Of a stretch of 64,000 bases of DNA, positions 19,980 through 29,904 are shown piece by piece. The stretch is from an uncultured Spirochaetota bacterium (GTDB lineage: Bacteria > Spirochaetota > Spirochaetia > SZUA-6 > Fen-1364). The DNA is taken from NCBI GenBank assembly GCA_963734545.1, contig CAVTHO010000004.1, forward strand, positions 672,001 to 736,000, read 5' to 3'. How positions within the stretch are numbered: the stretch's first letter is position 1; every line of letters starts with the position of its first letter. The position numbers and the translations under genes were made by a program. The notes under the pieces were generated by a model. That model was given only the letters and a program-made list of their open reading frames with translations, was not told the DNA's origin and searched no databases.

Positions 19980-21811
19980 TTGGCCTTCAGGTACGCGTAG
20001 CCGAGGTCCGGCGCCTGGAGCGTGTCCACGCGAATGTTCGCCCACCTGTCCCTGTACGCGGAGAAGGCGACCTCGTAGACCATGTACATGACAGGGACCT
20101 GGTCCAGGATGATCCGCTGATACTGGTCCCAGATCTTCTTGGCCTTCACGGGATCCCGCTCTGAGAAGCCCTGCCAGTACAGCTCGTCCACCTTCGCTTC
20201 CCAGGCGGTTGACGGCTTGGGTTGGAGGGGGTTCCACAGGTGGAGATTTCCCGAGGAGATCCAGACATTGCTGCCCTGGACCGGGAAATAGTTCGATCCC
20301 AGGGCGATCATGATGGACTGCCAGTCGTACCCCTTGGTCAAGGTGTCCACGAGCTTCTGGAACTGGACCGGCTTCACATTGAGGGTAATGCCCACCTTCT
20401 TCAGCTCATCCGCGTAGATCGTGGCAATGTCGATTGTCAGGTTGGTGTCGATCTGCACGGTGAGGTCGTAGGTGATCAGGTTTCCCTCCGCATCCTGCAT
20501 GAGCCCCGCGGCGTTCGGCTTGATCCCGATCTCCGCCAGGAGCCGCTTCCCGCGCTCGGGATCGTAGGTGAACTGCTGCTTGATTGCCGGATCGTAGTAG
20601 GGGTTCGCCTTTGCAAAAAAGGAAAGGTCGGGCTCCGCAAGTCCCCGATAGACCTCCTTGACCACCCTGTCCCGGTTGAAGAAGCAGCTCATTGCCTGGC
20701 GGAATTTCGTGTTGGAAAACCATTTCACGTATATCGGCTTCAGGTTTCTCGGGTTCTGGTTCCACGAAATGAACCGCGCACCGAGGCTGGGGCCCCCGTA
20801 GTACACCGTGTAGTCCCGCGGGCTTTTGTTCACCATTTCCTGAAGATCTTCGGGCCGCAGGCTGTAGCCGTCGAGCTCCCCGGCGAGGAACTTCAGTCTC
20901 TCCGTCTCCTGGTTGGGGACTATCTTGGTCTCGAACTTCTCGATGTACGGCATCTTCTGGCCGTAGTCGTCCGTCTTGAAGTAGTTCGGGTTGCGGACCA
21001 GGGTGACCTGGATCCCCGGTCTGTTCGATTCGATGTAGTAGGGCCCCATGGAGGGGATGGTCCGGGGATCCGTATTGATGGTCCAGAGATTGAGCACCCC
21101 CTCCACCCCTTTCGCCTTCTTGACCGGCTCGAACACGTAGCGTGGTCCGAAGTTCATGTTGCTGAACAGCTCGGGCATGGCAACGACCCGGGGATAGTGC
21201 ATCACGAACCGCCGCTCGTCGAGCTTCTCAATGTCGATATGCTTCTTCGTGCCGTCCGGCATCTGCACGAACTGGCCCGAATAGCCGGAATGCTGCATGG
21301 CGGGATCCCCTTCGATCTGGTTGTACCAGAAGACCGCGTCATCCGAGGTCACCTTGACCCTGGTCCCGGGGTCCGCGAGGGTCGTCCAGTACATGTCGTC
21401 ACGCAGGGTGAACGTCACATTCATTGTGCCCGCCGCTTCATTCACGGAAACCTCGTAGGAGGCGGCAAGCGGCTTCCACTGCTTCTTGTACGCATCGTAG
21501 TCGAGCAGCGCGGTGGAGAGGGCGTCGGTGATCCCCGCGCTCTCCGAGTCATTGACGGCAACCACGGGGTTGAAGGTCTTCAGGTCATTGGTCATGTTGT
21601 TGATCCAACTCCCGCCGGCCGTGCCCTTTTCATATGGGGCCGCGCTCCCCGGCCGATACACGGTCTTTTCAAGCAGGTTGTCTTCATGCTGCTTCTTCAG
21701 GAAAGAAAGCTGATCCTCGGAGATCTGCTTGACCCCGGGGCCGCAGGCGGCCAGGGTCACCAGCGCCGCAGACAGAACGAGCAGCAGTCTATTCAACTCT
21801 CGTACCCCCAT
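19976..21811 (-). CDS. oppA: Family-5 ABC substrate-binding lipoprotein
   Basis: Lipobox LAAC, DLKTFNP, TFTLRD...W, GPY, RNPNY and FRQAMS. Confidence 0.9.
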   Translation of the reverse strand: MGVRELNRLLLVLSAALVTLAACGPGVKQISEDQLSFLKKQHEDNLLEKTVYRPGSAAPYEKGTAGGSWINNMTNDLKTFNPVVAVNDSESAGITDALSTALLDYDAYKKQWKPLAASYEVSVNEAAGTMNVTFTLRDDMYWTTLADPGTRVKVTSDDAVFWYNQIEGDPAMQHSGYSGQFVQMPDGTKKHIDIEKLDERRFVMHYPRVVAMPELFSNMNFGPRYVFEPVKKAKGVEGVLNLWTINTDPRTIPSMGPYYIESNRPGIQVTLVRNPNYFKTDDYGQKMPYIEKFETKIVPNQETERLKFLAGELDGYSLRPEDLQEMVNKSPRDYTVYYGGPSLGARFISWNQNPRNLKPIYVKWFSNTKFRQAMSCFFNRDRVVKEVYRGLAEPDLSFFAKANPYYDPAIKQQFTYDPERGKRLLAEIGIKPNAAGLMQDAEGNLITYDLTVQIDTNLTIDIATIYADELKKVGITLNVKPVQFQKLVDTLTKGYDWQSIMIALGSNYFPVQGSNVWISSGNLHLWNPLQPKPSTAWEAKVDELYWQGFSERDPVKAKKIWDQYQRIILDQVPVMYMVYEVAFSAYRDRWANIRVDTLQAPDLGYAYLKAK

Positions 21812-21925
21812 CTATGAGCATTCTCACGCTAATATAAGATACGACAAGGACGGTAGCAATGGTCGGCCGTGCATGCCGCGGCCGTGGCCCGTGTGGTGCC
21901 GATATGGTACATTGAGGGCAAGGGA

Positions 21926-22786
21926 ATGGCACAAGTGGACGGGGAAAAGATCCTCATCATCAAGACCGGCAGCACGCTCTCCAGGCTGAAATCCCGCAAG
22001 GGCGATTTCGAGAACTGGATCATGGCCGGCATGGGCCTGAACGCGGACGAGGTGACGATTGTCGACGTCACTGCCGGAGAACCGCTGCCCGCCAACGGGT
22101 CGCACGCGGGGGTCGTGGTGACCGGGTCCCACAGCATGGTGACGGAGCACCCCCGCTGGAGCGAGCGCGCGGCGCAGTGGCTGGCCCTCGAGATCGCGGC
22201 GGAGACACCCACCCTGGGGATCTGCTACGGGCATCAACTCCTCGGCTACGCGCTGGGGGGAACCGTGGAGGAAAATCCGCTGGGCTGGGAGCTGGGCACC
22301 GTGGAGATAAAGCTGGATGAGCAGGCGGCCCGGGACGAGCTCCTCGGCGGTCTGGACTCGATGGGGCGAAATCCGCGGACCGCCGCGATGAAAGTCCACG
22401 CCAGCCACACGCAGGCGGTGACCCGCCTGCCTCCCGGCGCGGTCCGGCTGGCTTCCAGCTCCCGGGACGCAAACCACGCGTTCCGGGTGGGGAAAACCGC
22501 ATGGGGCGTGCAATTCCATCCCGAGTTCGACTGCGACATCGTCCAGACCTACATCCAGCACTGCCGCAGGAAATTGATCGCCGACGGTCAGGACCCGGAT
22601 CAGCTCATGCGTGATTCCGAGGACACCGAATGGGGCGCGAAAATCCTGCGGCGCTTTGCGAAGGTTGCTAAGGGCGCGGCGGCCCGGAATCCGCGGGGTA
22701 CCGCGATGCGGAATCCGCGGGGTACCGCGATGCGGAATCCGCGGGGTGCCGCGATGCAGAATCCGCGGGGCTCCCCGGCAGAGTGA
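21926..22786 (+). CDS. Class I glutamine amidotransferase-like protein with repeat-derived tail
   Basis: VVTGS, LGICYGHQLL and WGVQFHPE (Cys-His-Glu triad). The last ~30 aa are (RNPRGTAM)n. Confidence 0.9.
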   Translation: MAQVDGEKILIIKTGSTLSRLKSRKGDFENWIMAGMGLNADEVTIVDVTAGEPLPANGSHAGVVVTGSHSMVTEHPRWSERAAQWLALEIAAETPTLGICYGHQLLGYALGGTVEENPLGWELGTVEIKLDEQAARDELLGGLDSMGRNPRTAAMKVHASHTQAVTRLPPGAVRLASSSRDANHAFRVGKTAWGVQFHPEFDCDIVQTYIQHCRRKLIADGQDPDQLMRDSEDTEWGAKILRRFAKVAKGAAARNPRGTAMRNPRGTAMRNPRGAAMQNPRGSPAE

Positions 22787-24167
22787 TCACGAGCTCCGAT
22801 CCCTTCCCCGGCTGGCTGGCCGCGCGGATCGATCCTCCGTGCGCTTCGATGATCGCACGCGCAATCGAGAGCCCGATGCCGGACCCGCCGGTGGCGCGGC
22901 TGCGGGACGAATCGGCCCGGTAGAACCGCTCGAATATCCGGGGAAGGTCCTTCGGGTCGATCCCGATCCCCGTGTCCGTCACCCGGATCTCCGCCCCCTC
23001 CCGCATCGGTTCCACACGCACCTCCACGGCGCCTCCCGCCGGTGTGAACTTCAACGCGTTCGACAGGAGATTGATGACCGCCTGGCTCACCTTGTCAGGG
23101 TCCACGGCAAGGACAGGGCCCGCGGCGCCGGCGCCCGGCTGGAGGCGCAAGGCGACGCCCTTCTCCCGGAACTGCGACTCGTGATTGCGGACGATCCCGG
23201 CCGCGAGCGCCGTGATGTCCGTTCCGACGCGTTGGAGGCTCACCGCGTCGTTGTCATATCGGGCAAGCTTCTCCAGGTCCGCGACCAGCCGGTTGATCCG
23301 AAGTATCTCCTCGTGCAGGCCGGAAAGCCGGGCCTGGTCCGGCTCCCAAACCCCGTCGACCAGCGCCTCGAGATGGCTCTGGAGCGTGGTCAGGGGCGTA
23401 CGCAGCTCGTGGGCCACGTCCGCGGTGAGCCGCCGGCGGAGAGCTTCCTGTTCCCCGAGCGCGCGGGAAAGATCGTTCACCGCGGTGGAAATTCCGTCCA
23501 GCTCGCGCACACGCGTCTTCCGCGTGATGAACACGTCCCGGTTGCCGTCGGCAATTCTCCGCGTGGCAACGACCACCCGCGCGAGAGGCTCCGAGATGCG
23601 CCGGGCCATGAAGAGGCCGATGCCCGCGGCGCATGCCAGCGCGGCGAGCGTGATCAGGAGAAGCAGGCGGTTGAGCGAGTTGATGAAGGAAAGGTTCGCA
23701 TCACTGAGGAAGAACGGTCCGTAGTACCCGATGATCACCGAGCCCTGCTCCTTGAAGTCCGCCCGGACGGGGTAGAGGGTCTCCGTGTAGGCGCCGTGCC
23801 AGTTCCGATAACGGCTTGCCATGTTCTGCGCCATGTGGGTGATCATCTGCACGCAGAGGCCATTGTTGTGCACCGTGGCATCCCAGACGGTCCGGCCCCC
23901 GAGGTTCGTGACCTTGACGATCATCCCCTGCTCGAGGGCGCCCATACCGATGGCCTGGATTGCGGACTCATCCCATCGATTGTCCGGCCCGACCTGGGCG
24001 CCGATCAGGGCAACGACCTGCCGCGCGTTGTTCTCCAGGCCTTCCGTCACGTACCGGCGGAAGCTGCCTTCGAGAACGCCGTTGGCCAGCGCGCTTACCA
24101 TGACCACGCAGAGAAGAGCCACCAGCACATAGGAAAGAGTCAGGCGGGTCCTCAGGCTCCAGGTCAC
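22668..24167 (-). CDS. HAMP sensor histidine kinase (BaeS-like)
   Basis: Two TM segments, HAMP, AHELRTPL, NLLSNALKF, DTGIGI, FERFYR and GSGIGL. Tail is (ADSASRYP)n from the repeat. Confidence 0.93.
   Translation of the reverse strand: MTWSLRTRLTLSYVLVALLCVVMVSALANGVLEGSFRRYVTEGLENNARQVVALIGAQVGPDNRWDESAIQAIGMGALEQGMIVKVTNLGGRTVWDATVHNNGLCVQMITHMAQNMASRYRNWHGAYTETLYPVRADFKEQGSVIIGYYGPFFLSDANLSFINSLNRLLLLITLAALACAAGIGLFMARRISEPLARVVVATRRIADGNRDVFITRKTRVRELDGISTAVNDLSRALGEQEALRRRLTADVAHELRTPLTTLQSHLEALVDGVWEPDQARLSGLHEEILRINRLVADLEKLARYDNDAVSLQRVGTDITALAAGIVRNHESQFREKGVALRLQPGAGAAGPVLAVDPDKVSQAVINLLSNALKFTPAGGAVEVRVEPMREGAEIRVTDTGIGIDPKDLPRIFERFYRADSSRSRATGGSGIGLSIARAIIEAHGGSIRAASQPGKGSELVITLPGSPADSASRHPADSASRYPADSASRYPADSGPPRP
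22687..22770 (+). repeat. 24-nt tandem hairpin array GAAT-CCGCGG-GGTA-CCGCGA-TGCG x3.5
   Basis: Units start at 22687, 22711, 22735 and 22759. A solitary variant lies at 22369-22390 inside the same gene. Confidence 0.93.
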
Positions 24168-24874
24168 GACCGCGCCTCCGCGGCGAAGCGGTATCCGATC
24201 CCGTGAACGGTGAGGATGTAGCGCGGCCGCCGCTGGTCCGTCTCGATCTTTTTTCGGATGTTCTTCACATGGGCGTCGATGGTCCTGTCGAATCCCGAGT
24301 AGTCGTCCCCCAGGGCGTGGTTGATGAGCTCTTCCCGGGAGAAGACTCGGCCGGGGTTTGCCGCCAGGACGCGGAGCAGCCGGTACTCCCGGGGGGTCAT
24401 GCTCACCGCCGCGCCTCCCTTGCGCACGTCATCCGTGCCCGTGTCGATCACCAGGTCGTCTCCCCCGAACCTCAGCACGCGCGCCAGGGGAGAGGACGCG
24501 CCTTCGGCGCGGCGCAGCACCGCCTGCACCCGGGCCATGAGCTGGCGCGGGCTGAAAGGCTTGGTGACGTAGTCGTCCGCCCCGAGGTCGAGCCCCCTCA
24601 CCGCGTCTCCATCCTCGACCTTCGCGGTGAGCATGATGATGGGCACACGGGAACGGGCGCGCAGCCGGCGGCAGACCTCCTCACCGGAGAGATCGGGCAG
24701 CATGAGGTCCAGGATGACGAGACAGGGTCGCGTCTTCTCGAAGAGCTGAAGGGCCTGGGTGCCGGTCAGGGCGCTCACGGGCTCGAAGCCTGCCTTGAGC
24801 AGGTACGAGCCTACCACCTCCGCGATCTTCGGCTCGTCGTCGACCACCAGCACCCGCTGCGGCTGACGGGCCAT
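24164..24874 (-). CDS. OmpR/PhoB-family response regulator
   Basis: VVDDE, LDLMLP, GADDYVTKPFS, RTIDAHVKNIRKKIE and TV.G.GYRF. Confidence 0.96.
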   Translation of the reverse strand: MARQPQRVLVVDDEPKIAEVVGSYLLKAGFEPVSALTGTQALQLFEKTRPCLVILDLMLPDLSGEEVCRRLRARSRVPIIMLTAKVEDGDAVRGLDLGADDYVTKPFSPRQLMARVQAVLRRAEGASSPLARVLRFGGDDLVIDTGTDDVRKGGAAVSMTPREYRLLRVLAANPGRVFSREELINHALGDDYSGFDRTIDAHVKNIRKKIETDQRRPRYILTVHGIGYRFAAEARS

Positions 24875-24880
24875 GTCACT

Positions 24881-25111
24881 TTACGGAGTAGCCCCGGTCT
24901 TCGCTACGGAGTAGCCCTGATCCTCGATTGCCGTTTTTATCATGGACAGGGTCGTGACGTCTGGGTCGAAATCCACCGTCGCCAGGTTCTTCTCCAGGCT
25001 GACCTCGACCTTCTCCACGCCGCTGAGCGCTCCCACCGCGCTTTTTACCGCATGCACGCAATGCTGGCACGACATTCCTTCCACATTCAGGTCCATGGTT
25101 TGCTTTGCCAC
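24881..25111 (-). CDS. copZ: Copper chaperone (HMA domain)
   Basis: VEGMSCQHCV and AIEDQGY. GAGGAG SD. Confidence 0.92.
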   Translation of the reverse strand: MAKQTMDLNVEGMSCQHCVHAVKSAVGALSGVEKVEVSLEKNLATVDFDPDVTTLSMIKTAIEDQGYSVAKTGATP

Positions 25112-25179
25112 GTTGAATCTCCTCTCCCTCTAATATGCTCCGGACGGCCGGGCCCGTCCATGACGAGGGTAGGAAATGA

Positions 25180-25198
25180 ATGTGAAGGAGATGTGAAG
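25180..25198 (-). promoter_or_regulatory. Tandem direct-repeat box (OmpR-type) upstream of copZ
   Basis: CTTCACAT-N3-CTTCACAT on the minus strand, with the 11-bp period typical of OmpR/PhoB sites. Confidence 0.6.
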
Positions 25199-25201
25199 AA
25201 G

Positions 25202-25285
25202 GGCGCCAGGGCGCAAACACATAGGCGCCAGGGCGCAAACACATAGGCGCCAGGGCGCAAACACATGGGCGCCTGGACGCGCAAA
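25202..25285. repeat. 22-nt tandem repeat GGCGCCAGGGCGCAAACACATA x3 plus a degenerate copy
   Basis: Seen directly. Each unit contains a GCGC-CAGG-GCGC hairpin. Confidence 0.92.
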
Positions 25286-25312
25286 CGCGCGGCGCATTCA
25301 GGCGTCGGTGCC

Positions 25313-25418
25313 GCGGCCACCGTATCTTGCACGGTACTCCGTGCAGTTAGGTGGCATTTGGGCGGCCACCGTATCTTGCACGGTAGTCCGTGCAGTTAGG
25401 TGGCATTTGGGCGGCCAC
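25313..25418 (-). repeat. 49-nt tandem composite element x2 (hairpin nested in hairpin)
   Basis: Minus strand AAAT-GCCACC[TAACTGCACGG-AGTA-CCGTGCAA]GATA-CGGTGGC-CGC twice. The outer part matches the unit at 184-207. Confidence 0.9.
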
Positions 25419-26453
25419 GTCTCCTGAGTCGTTTCTTGAGATTTCTATAATAGAACAGACGCGCCGCCTCGGCCGCGCGATACAAAGAATAGAGCACGGG
25501 ACGAATGGGCACGTCCCACGTGCCCCATCGCTCGACAAGGCAGTCGGAGAATCCGGTCTTGAACTGGTACAAGCCGTACATGGGGTGATCAGGGTCCGGT
25601 TGAGGAGGGACTCCATACAGATCGTAACTGGTGCACCCCGCCTCCCGCGCCATGCGGATTGCCTCCCACTGCAGCGCATAGGTGGGCATGAGGTTCCGTT
25701 TCTCCCCTGATGAGGCGCCATAGAGGTAGGCGGCGCGGCTCTTCCAGAACGCCACGATGTTGCCGGCGAGCAACTCCCCGTCGTGCCGCGCAAGAAGGAG
25801 CTTCACGGTCGGTTTCACGCCCGGGTAGCTCTGCGACGCCTGGAACAGGCCCTGGTAGTAGGCGCGCGAGTGGATGGCTATCCTGTCCCGGCTGCCCGTC
25901 TCCTGGTACAGGGCATACCATCGATCCAGGTCGTCCGGGCCTCCCTCGGAAACACTCACCCCTTTCTTGCCGGAGAGCCTCACGTTGTATCGGGTCTTGG
26001 GTTTCATGGACGCGAGGACCTGCTCCAGGGGCGGCGTGATGTCCAAGATGACGGTGTCCGGCGGCTGCATGTCTCCGGCGGCTTTCACCGCGCGCGGGCG
26101 GACGGATGCGAGTGGCGCTCCACCGGTCCTGCGCCAGGGCAGGTCGAATCGAAGGAAAAGCGTCGAGCGCGGCAGGTGGCTGCGCACGGCGCGCGCGAGC
26201 GCGGAAAGAAGCTCCCCGCGGCCTTCGACAGGATCCAGGACCGGCCCGAACGGCACATAGGCGAGGGACAGGAACCGTGCCAGGCGCCGGCTGAGAACCA
26301 GCATGCCGAATGTCGCGCCGGCCTCGAGAGTCACGCTGAACGCCTGCGCTTCCCAACCATGGGCCTGTTTGAATTGCCCCCAGAAGCCGGACTGGAGCAT
26401 CTCGTCATTATCGTCGAGGAATGAGAGCGGAACCGGGCGGATGGAAACCTGCT
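25396..26453 (-). CDS. FemAB/FemX-family peptidoglycan interpeptide-bridge aminoacyltransferase
   Basis: LQSGFWG.FK, YVPFGP, MKPKTRYNVR, YLYGAS, LQWEAI, YDLYG and GLYQFK.GF. Start codon unclear; a possible 1-nt loss in AGGAG-cgac-A(T)G-CAG is near 26453. Confidence 0.88.
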
Positions 26454-26477
26454 GTCGCTCCTGGCGACGTTTTTCGA

Positions 26478-28728
26478 TTACTTCACCCTGCCCTTCGCGA
26501 CTTTCACAGTCACGACCGGCTTGCCCGCGCATTCCAGGGCGGAGTCGCCGACCGTGACTCGGAACGAATCCACCGTAATCGGCGTGCTGAAGAATGTGTC
26601 GATATCGATCTCTCCGGGCGCCTCCGGGGTGGCGCCATCGGCCGCGGCAGCGGCGGCGGGGGCACTGGAAGTGGTCGCCGCGGCCGGTGCACCGGCGGGC
26701 GCGCCGCCGGCAAGCACGACACGGTCACCGGGGCTGGCATGATCCACGAAAAGGACTTCCACGACCCTGGCTTCCTGGGCGGCAAGAAGCATGCCGCGGC
26801 TTTCCACGCCGCGCAGCACCGCGGGCTTGAGATTGGCCACCAGCACGACATTGCGGCCCCGCAGCTCCTCTTCCTTGTAGTGAGGAACGAGCCCCGAGAC
26901 GATTGTCCGCGTCTCCGTTCCCAGGTCCACTGTTTCCACGTACAGCTTCTCCGCATCGGGATGCCGCTTGATCTCGACTATCTTCGCCACGCGCAGGTCC
27001 ACCTGCGCGCGGAACCTGGCTGCTGTCTCGGCCGGCGTGAGAGCGGGAGGCGCGGCCAGGGCGTCTGCCGCGTCTTTGCGCTCCTTCTGCGTACCGGAGA
27101 ACCGGATTCGCAGCGCGTCGATCTCCTTGTCCTCCAGCCGGGCAAAGAGAAGATCCGGCTTCTCCACGCGGCCGATTCCCTTGAACGTGCCCAGATCCGC
27201 CCACGAGATCTTTCCGGTGCCCAGGATCTGCGCGACACGCTCCGCCGTGCCGGGGATATACGGGCTGGCGAGGATGGCAAGGTCACGCACGAGGTAGGTG
27301 AGATTGCAGATGAGGCTGGCGGTGGCAGCGGGGTTTTCCTTGATCCCCTTCCACGGCTCCCCGTCCTGAAACTTCTTGTTCCCGATGGAGGAAAGGGCGA
27401 ATATCTTTCGGAATGCCTCCCGCAGCTCCACCTTTTCCAGCAGGTCCTTTATCTCCGCCTCCGCCTTTCGGACCTCCTGCCAGAACGCCTTCGTCGGCTG
27501 TTCCCTCGGGCAGCTTCCCGTCGTAGAACCGGGTGATGAACTGCAGGGTGCGATTGACCAGGTTGCCGAAATTGCCGATCAGCTCGGCGTTGACTTTCTC
27601 CTGGAAATCCTTCCACGTGAAGAGGGCATCCGACCTCTCGGGCCGGGTATAGTAGATGTAGAAACGCCAGACATCGGCGGGGATGCCCGTTTCCTTGGCG
27701 TCCGTGCCGAATACCCCCACGCCCTTGCTCTTGGAGAACTTCCCGCCTTCGTAGTTGAGGTATTCCGTCGAGGACATGTGGTACAGCGTGGTCCAGTCCT
27801 CTCCTGTGCCGAGCTGGCTGGAAGGGAATATCACCGTATGGAACGGGATGTTGTCCTTGCCGATGAACTGAAAAAGCTTGACGTCCCGCGGCGCATACCA
27901 CCAGCTCTTCCAGTCCGGTGTATGTTCGGCGGTGATGGAGACGTAGCCGATGGGAGCGTCGAACCACACGTAGAAGACCTTGTTCCGGAAACCGTCCAGG
28001 GGAACCGGAATGCCCCACTTCAGATCACGCGTGATGGCGCGCTCCCGCAGGCCGTCGCGCATCCACGCGTACGTCATCTGCACGGCGTTGCGCGCCCAGA
28101 AACCCTTCTCCGCGGCGGACTCTATCCAGTTGCGCAGCTTGGGCAGGATAGCCATCAGGTCGATGAAGAGGTGCTTCGTCTCCCTGATAACGGGCTTTGT
28201 GCCGCACACGCTGCAGCGGGGATCGATCAGCTCGACAGGGTCCAGGAGCTTGCCGCAGTTTTCACACTGATCCCCGCGCGCATCCACGTAGCCGCAGTGC
28301 GGGCAGGTGCCCAGCACGTACCTGTCCGCGAGGAACCTCTGGTCTTTCTCGCAGAAGGGCTGGCTCTGCACCCGCTCGTTGATGTAGCCGTTCTCGTGGA
28401 GCTTCAGGAAGATATGCTGGGTGATCTCGGTGTGCACCGGTACCGAGGTGCGGCCGAACTTGTCAAAGGAGATGTTGAACCAGGAATAGATGTCCCGGTG
28501 GATGGCGTGGTAGCGGTCGCAGAGCTCGCGGGGAGTGATCCCCTCCTCCAGCGCTTTCGTTTCCGTGGCGGTCCCGTACTCGTCGGTGCCGCAGATATAG
28601 AGCGTCTCGTAGCCGGCCAGGCGGCAGTAACGGGCAAACACGTCCGCGGAGAGCACCTGGATGAGGTTCCCCAGGTGGGGGATGTTGTTCACGTAGGGGA
28701 GCGCGGAGGTGATGAGACGTCTTTCCAT
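26478..28728 (-). CDS. metG: Methionine--tRNA ligase with C-terminal tRNA-binding (OB) domain; one frameshift near 27489
   Basis: [20 protein letters not shown], two zinc knuckles, [15 protein letters not shown] and KFSKS. Removing one G joins it to ...EAFWQEVRK... and the OB domain ([23 protein letters not shown]). Confidence 0.95.
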
Positions 28729-28873
28729 ATGTGACGGAAATGTATCTGACGCGCCTCCGGGCGTCAAGGAGACGCGGGAGAGACAGAGCGCGCACCGTCT
28801 CCCCCGCGTCCGGTGACGCGGCCCCTTCATTGACTCCGGTGACCCGGCCCGTACTATGGCCTCAGGAGGCGCT

Positions 28874-29904
28874 ATGACAGACGTCACCCCGCGGAAGGTT
28901 ATCCGCAACATCACGCCGACAATCCTGCTGATCGTCGTCGGTGGCGATACTCGCGCTCATTTTCCTGTTTTCAAGTTTTTTCATCGTTGACCAGAAGGAA
29001 GAGTCGGTGGTTCTCAACTTCGGCAAGTTCTCCCGGATGGTGGGGCCCGGGCTCCATTTCAAGATCCCCTTTGGAGTGGAAAAGAGCTACAACGTGCCGA
29101 CGCAGACGAATCCTGAAGGAAGAGTTCGGTTTCCGTACGGAGAGGTCCGGCATTGTCTCGTCATATTCGGGAGGGGACTTTTCGTCGGAATCGATCATGC
29201 TCACCGGAGACCTGAACATCATCGACGTGGAGTGGATCATCCAGTACCAGATCACGGACGCGCGGGCCTGGCTTTTCGACGTGGACAACCAGGAGAAGAC
29301 CATCCGCGACATCTCCCAGTCGGTCATCAACCTGCTGGTCGGAGACCGGACCATATTCGACGTCATCGGCGCGGAGCGCGCGAACATCGAGCTGAAGGGC
29401 CAGGAGATGATGAACGAGCTCTACAAGTCCTACGGCCTGGGCATCAGGGTCACAACCGTCAAGCTGCAGAACATCGTTCCCCCCAAGGGCGCGGTGCAGG
29501 ACGCCTTCGAAGACGTGAACAAGGCCATCCAGGACAGGAGCAGGATGATCAACGAGGGCAAGGAAGCCTACAACCAGTCCATCCCCAAGGCAAGCGGCCA
29601 GGCCGACCAGACCATCCAGGTGGCGCAGGGCTACGCCACCGAGCGCGTGAACCAGGCCCGCGGAGACGTGTCGCGGTTCCTTGCCGTGCTGGGAGAGTAC
29701 CGGCAGGCGCCCGACATGGTCCGCACCCGGCTGTACTACGAGATGTACGACCAGGTGTTCGCAAATGCGGAAGGCACGGACCTGATCGACAAGAATCTGA
29801 AGAACTTCCTGCCGCTGAAGAGCGTAGGAGCCGGGGCCGCGCCGGCTGCACCCAACCCGTCGGCCACGCAGGCCGCGCCGGCCACGCAGGGAGGCTCACA
29901 ATGA
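28874..29904 (+). CDS. hflK: FtsH protease modulator HflK (frameshifts near 28940 and 29108)
   Basis: [40 protein letters not shown] and TRLYYE. AGGAGG SD. Confidence 0.9.

Noticed and set aside
27480-27500. Programmed frameshift or pseudogene in metG (and murE)
   Set aside because: These are essential genes with no slippery heptamer, and similar single-base indels occur throughout the window. Sequencing error is more likely.
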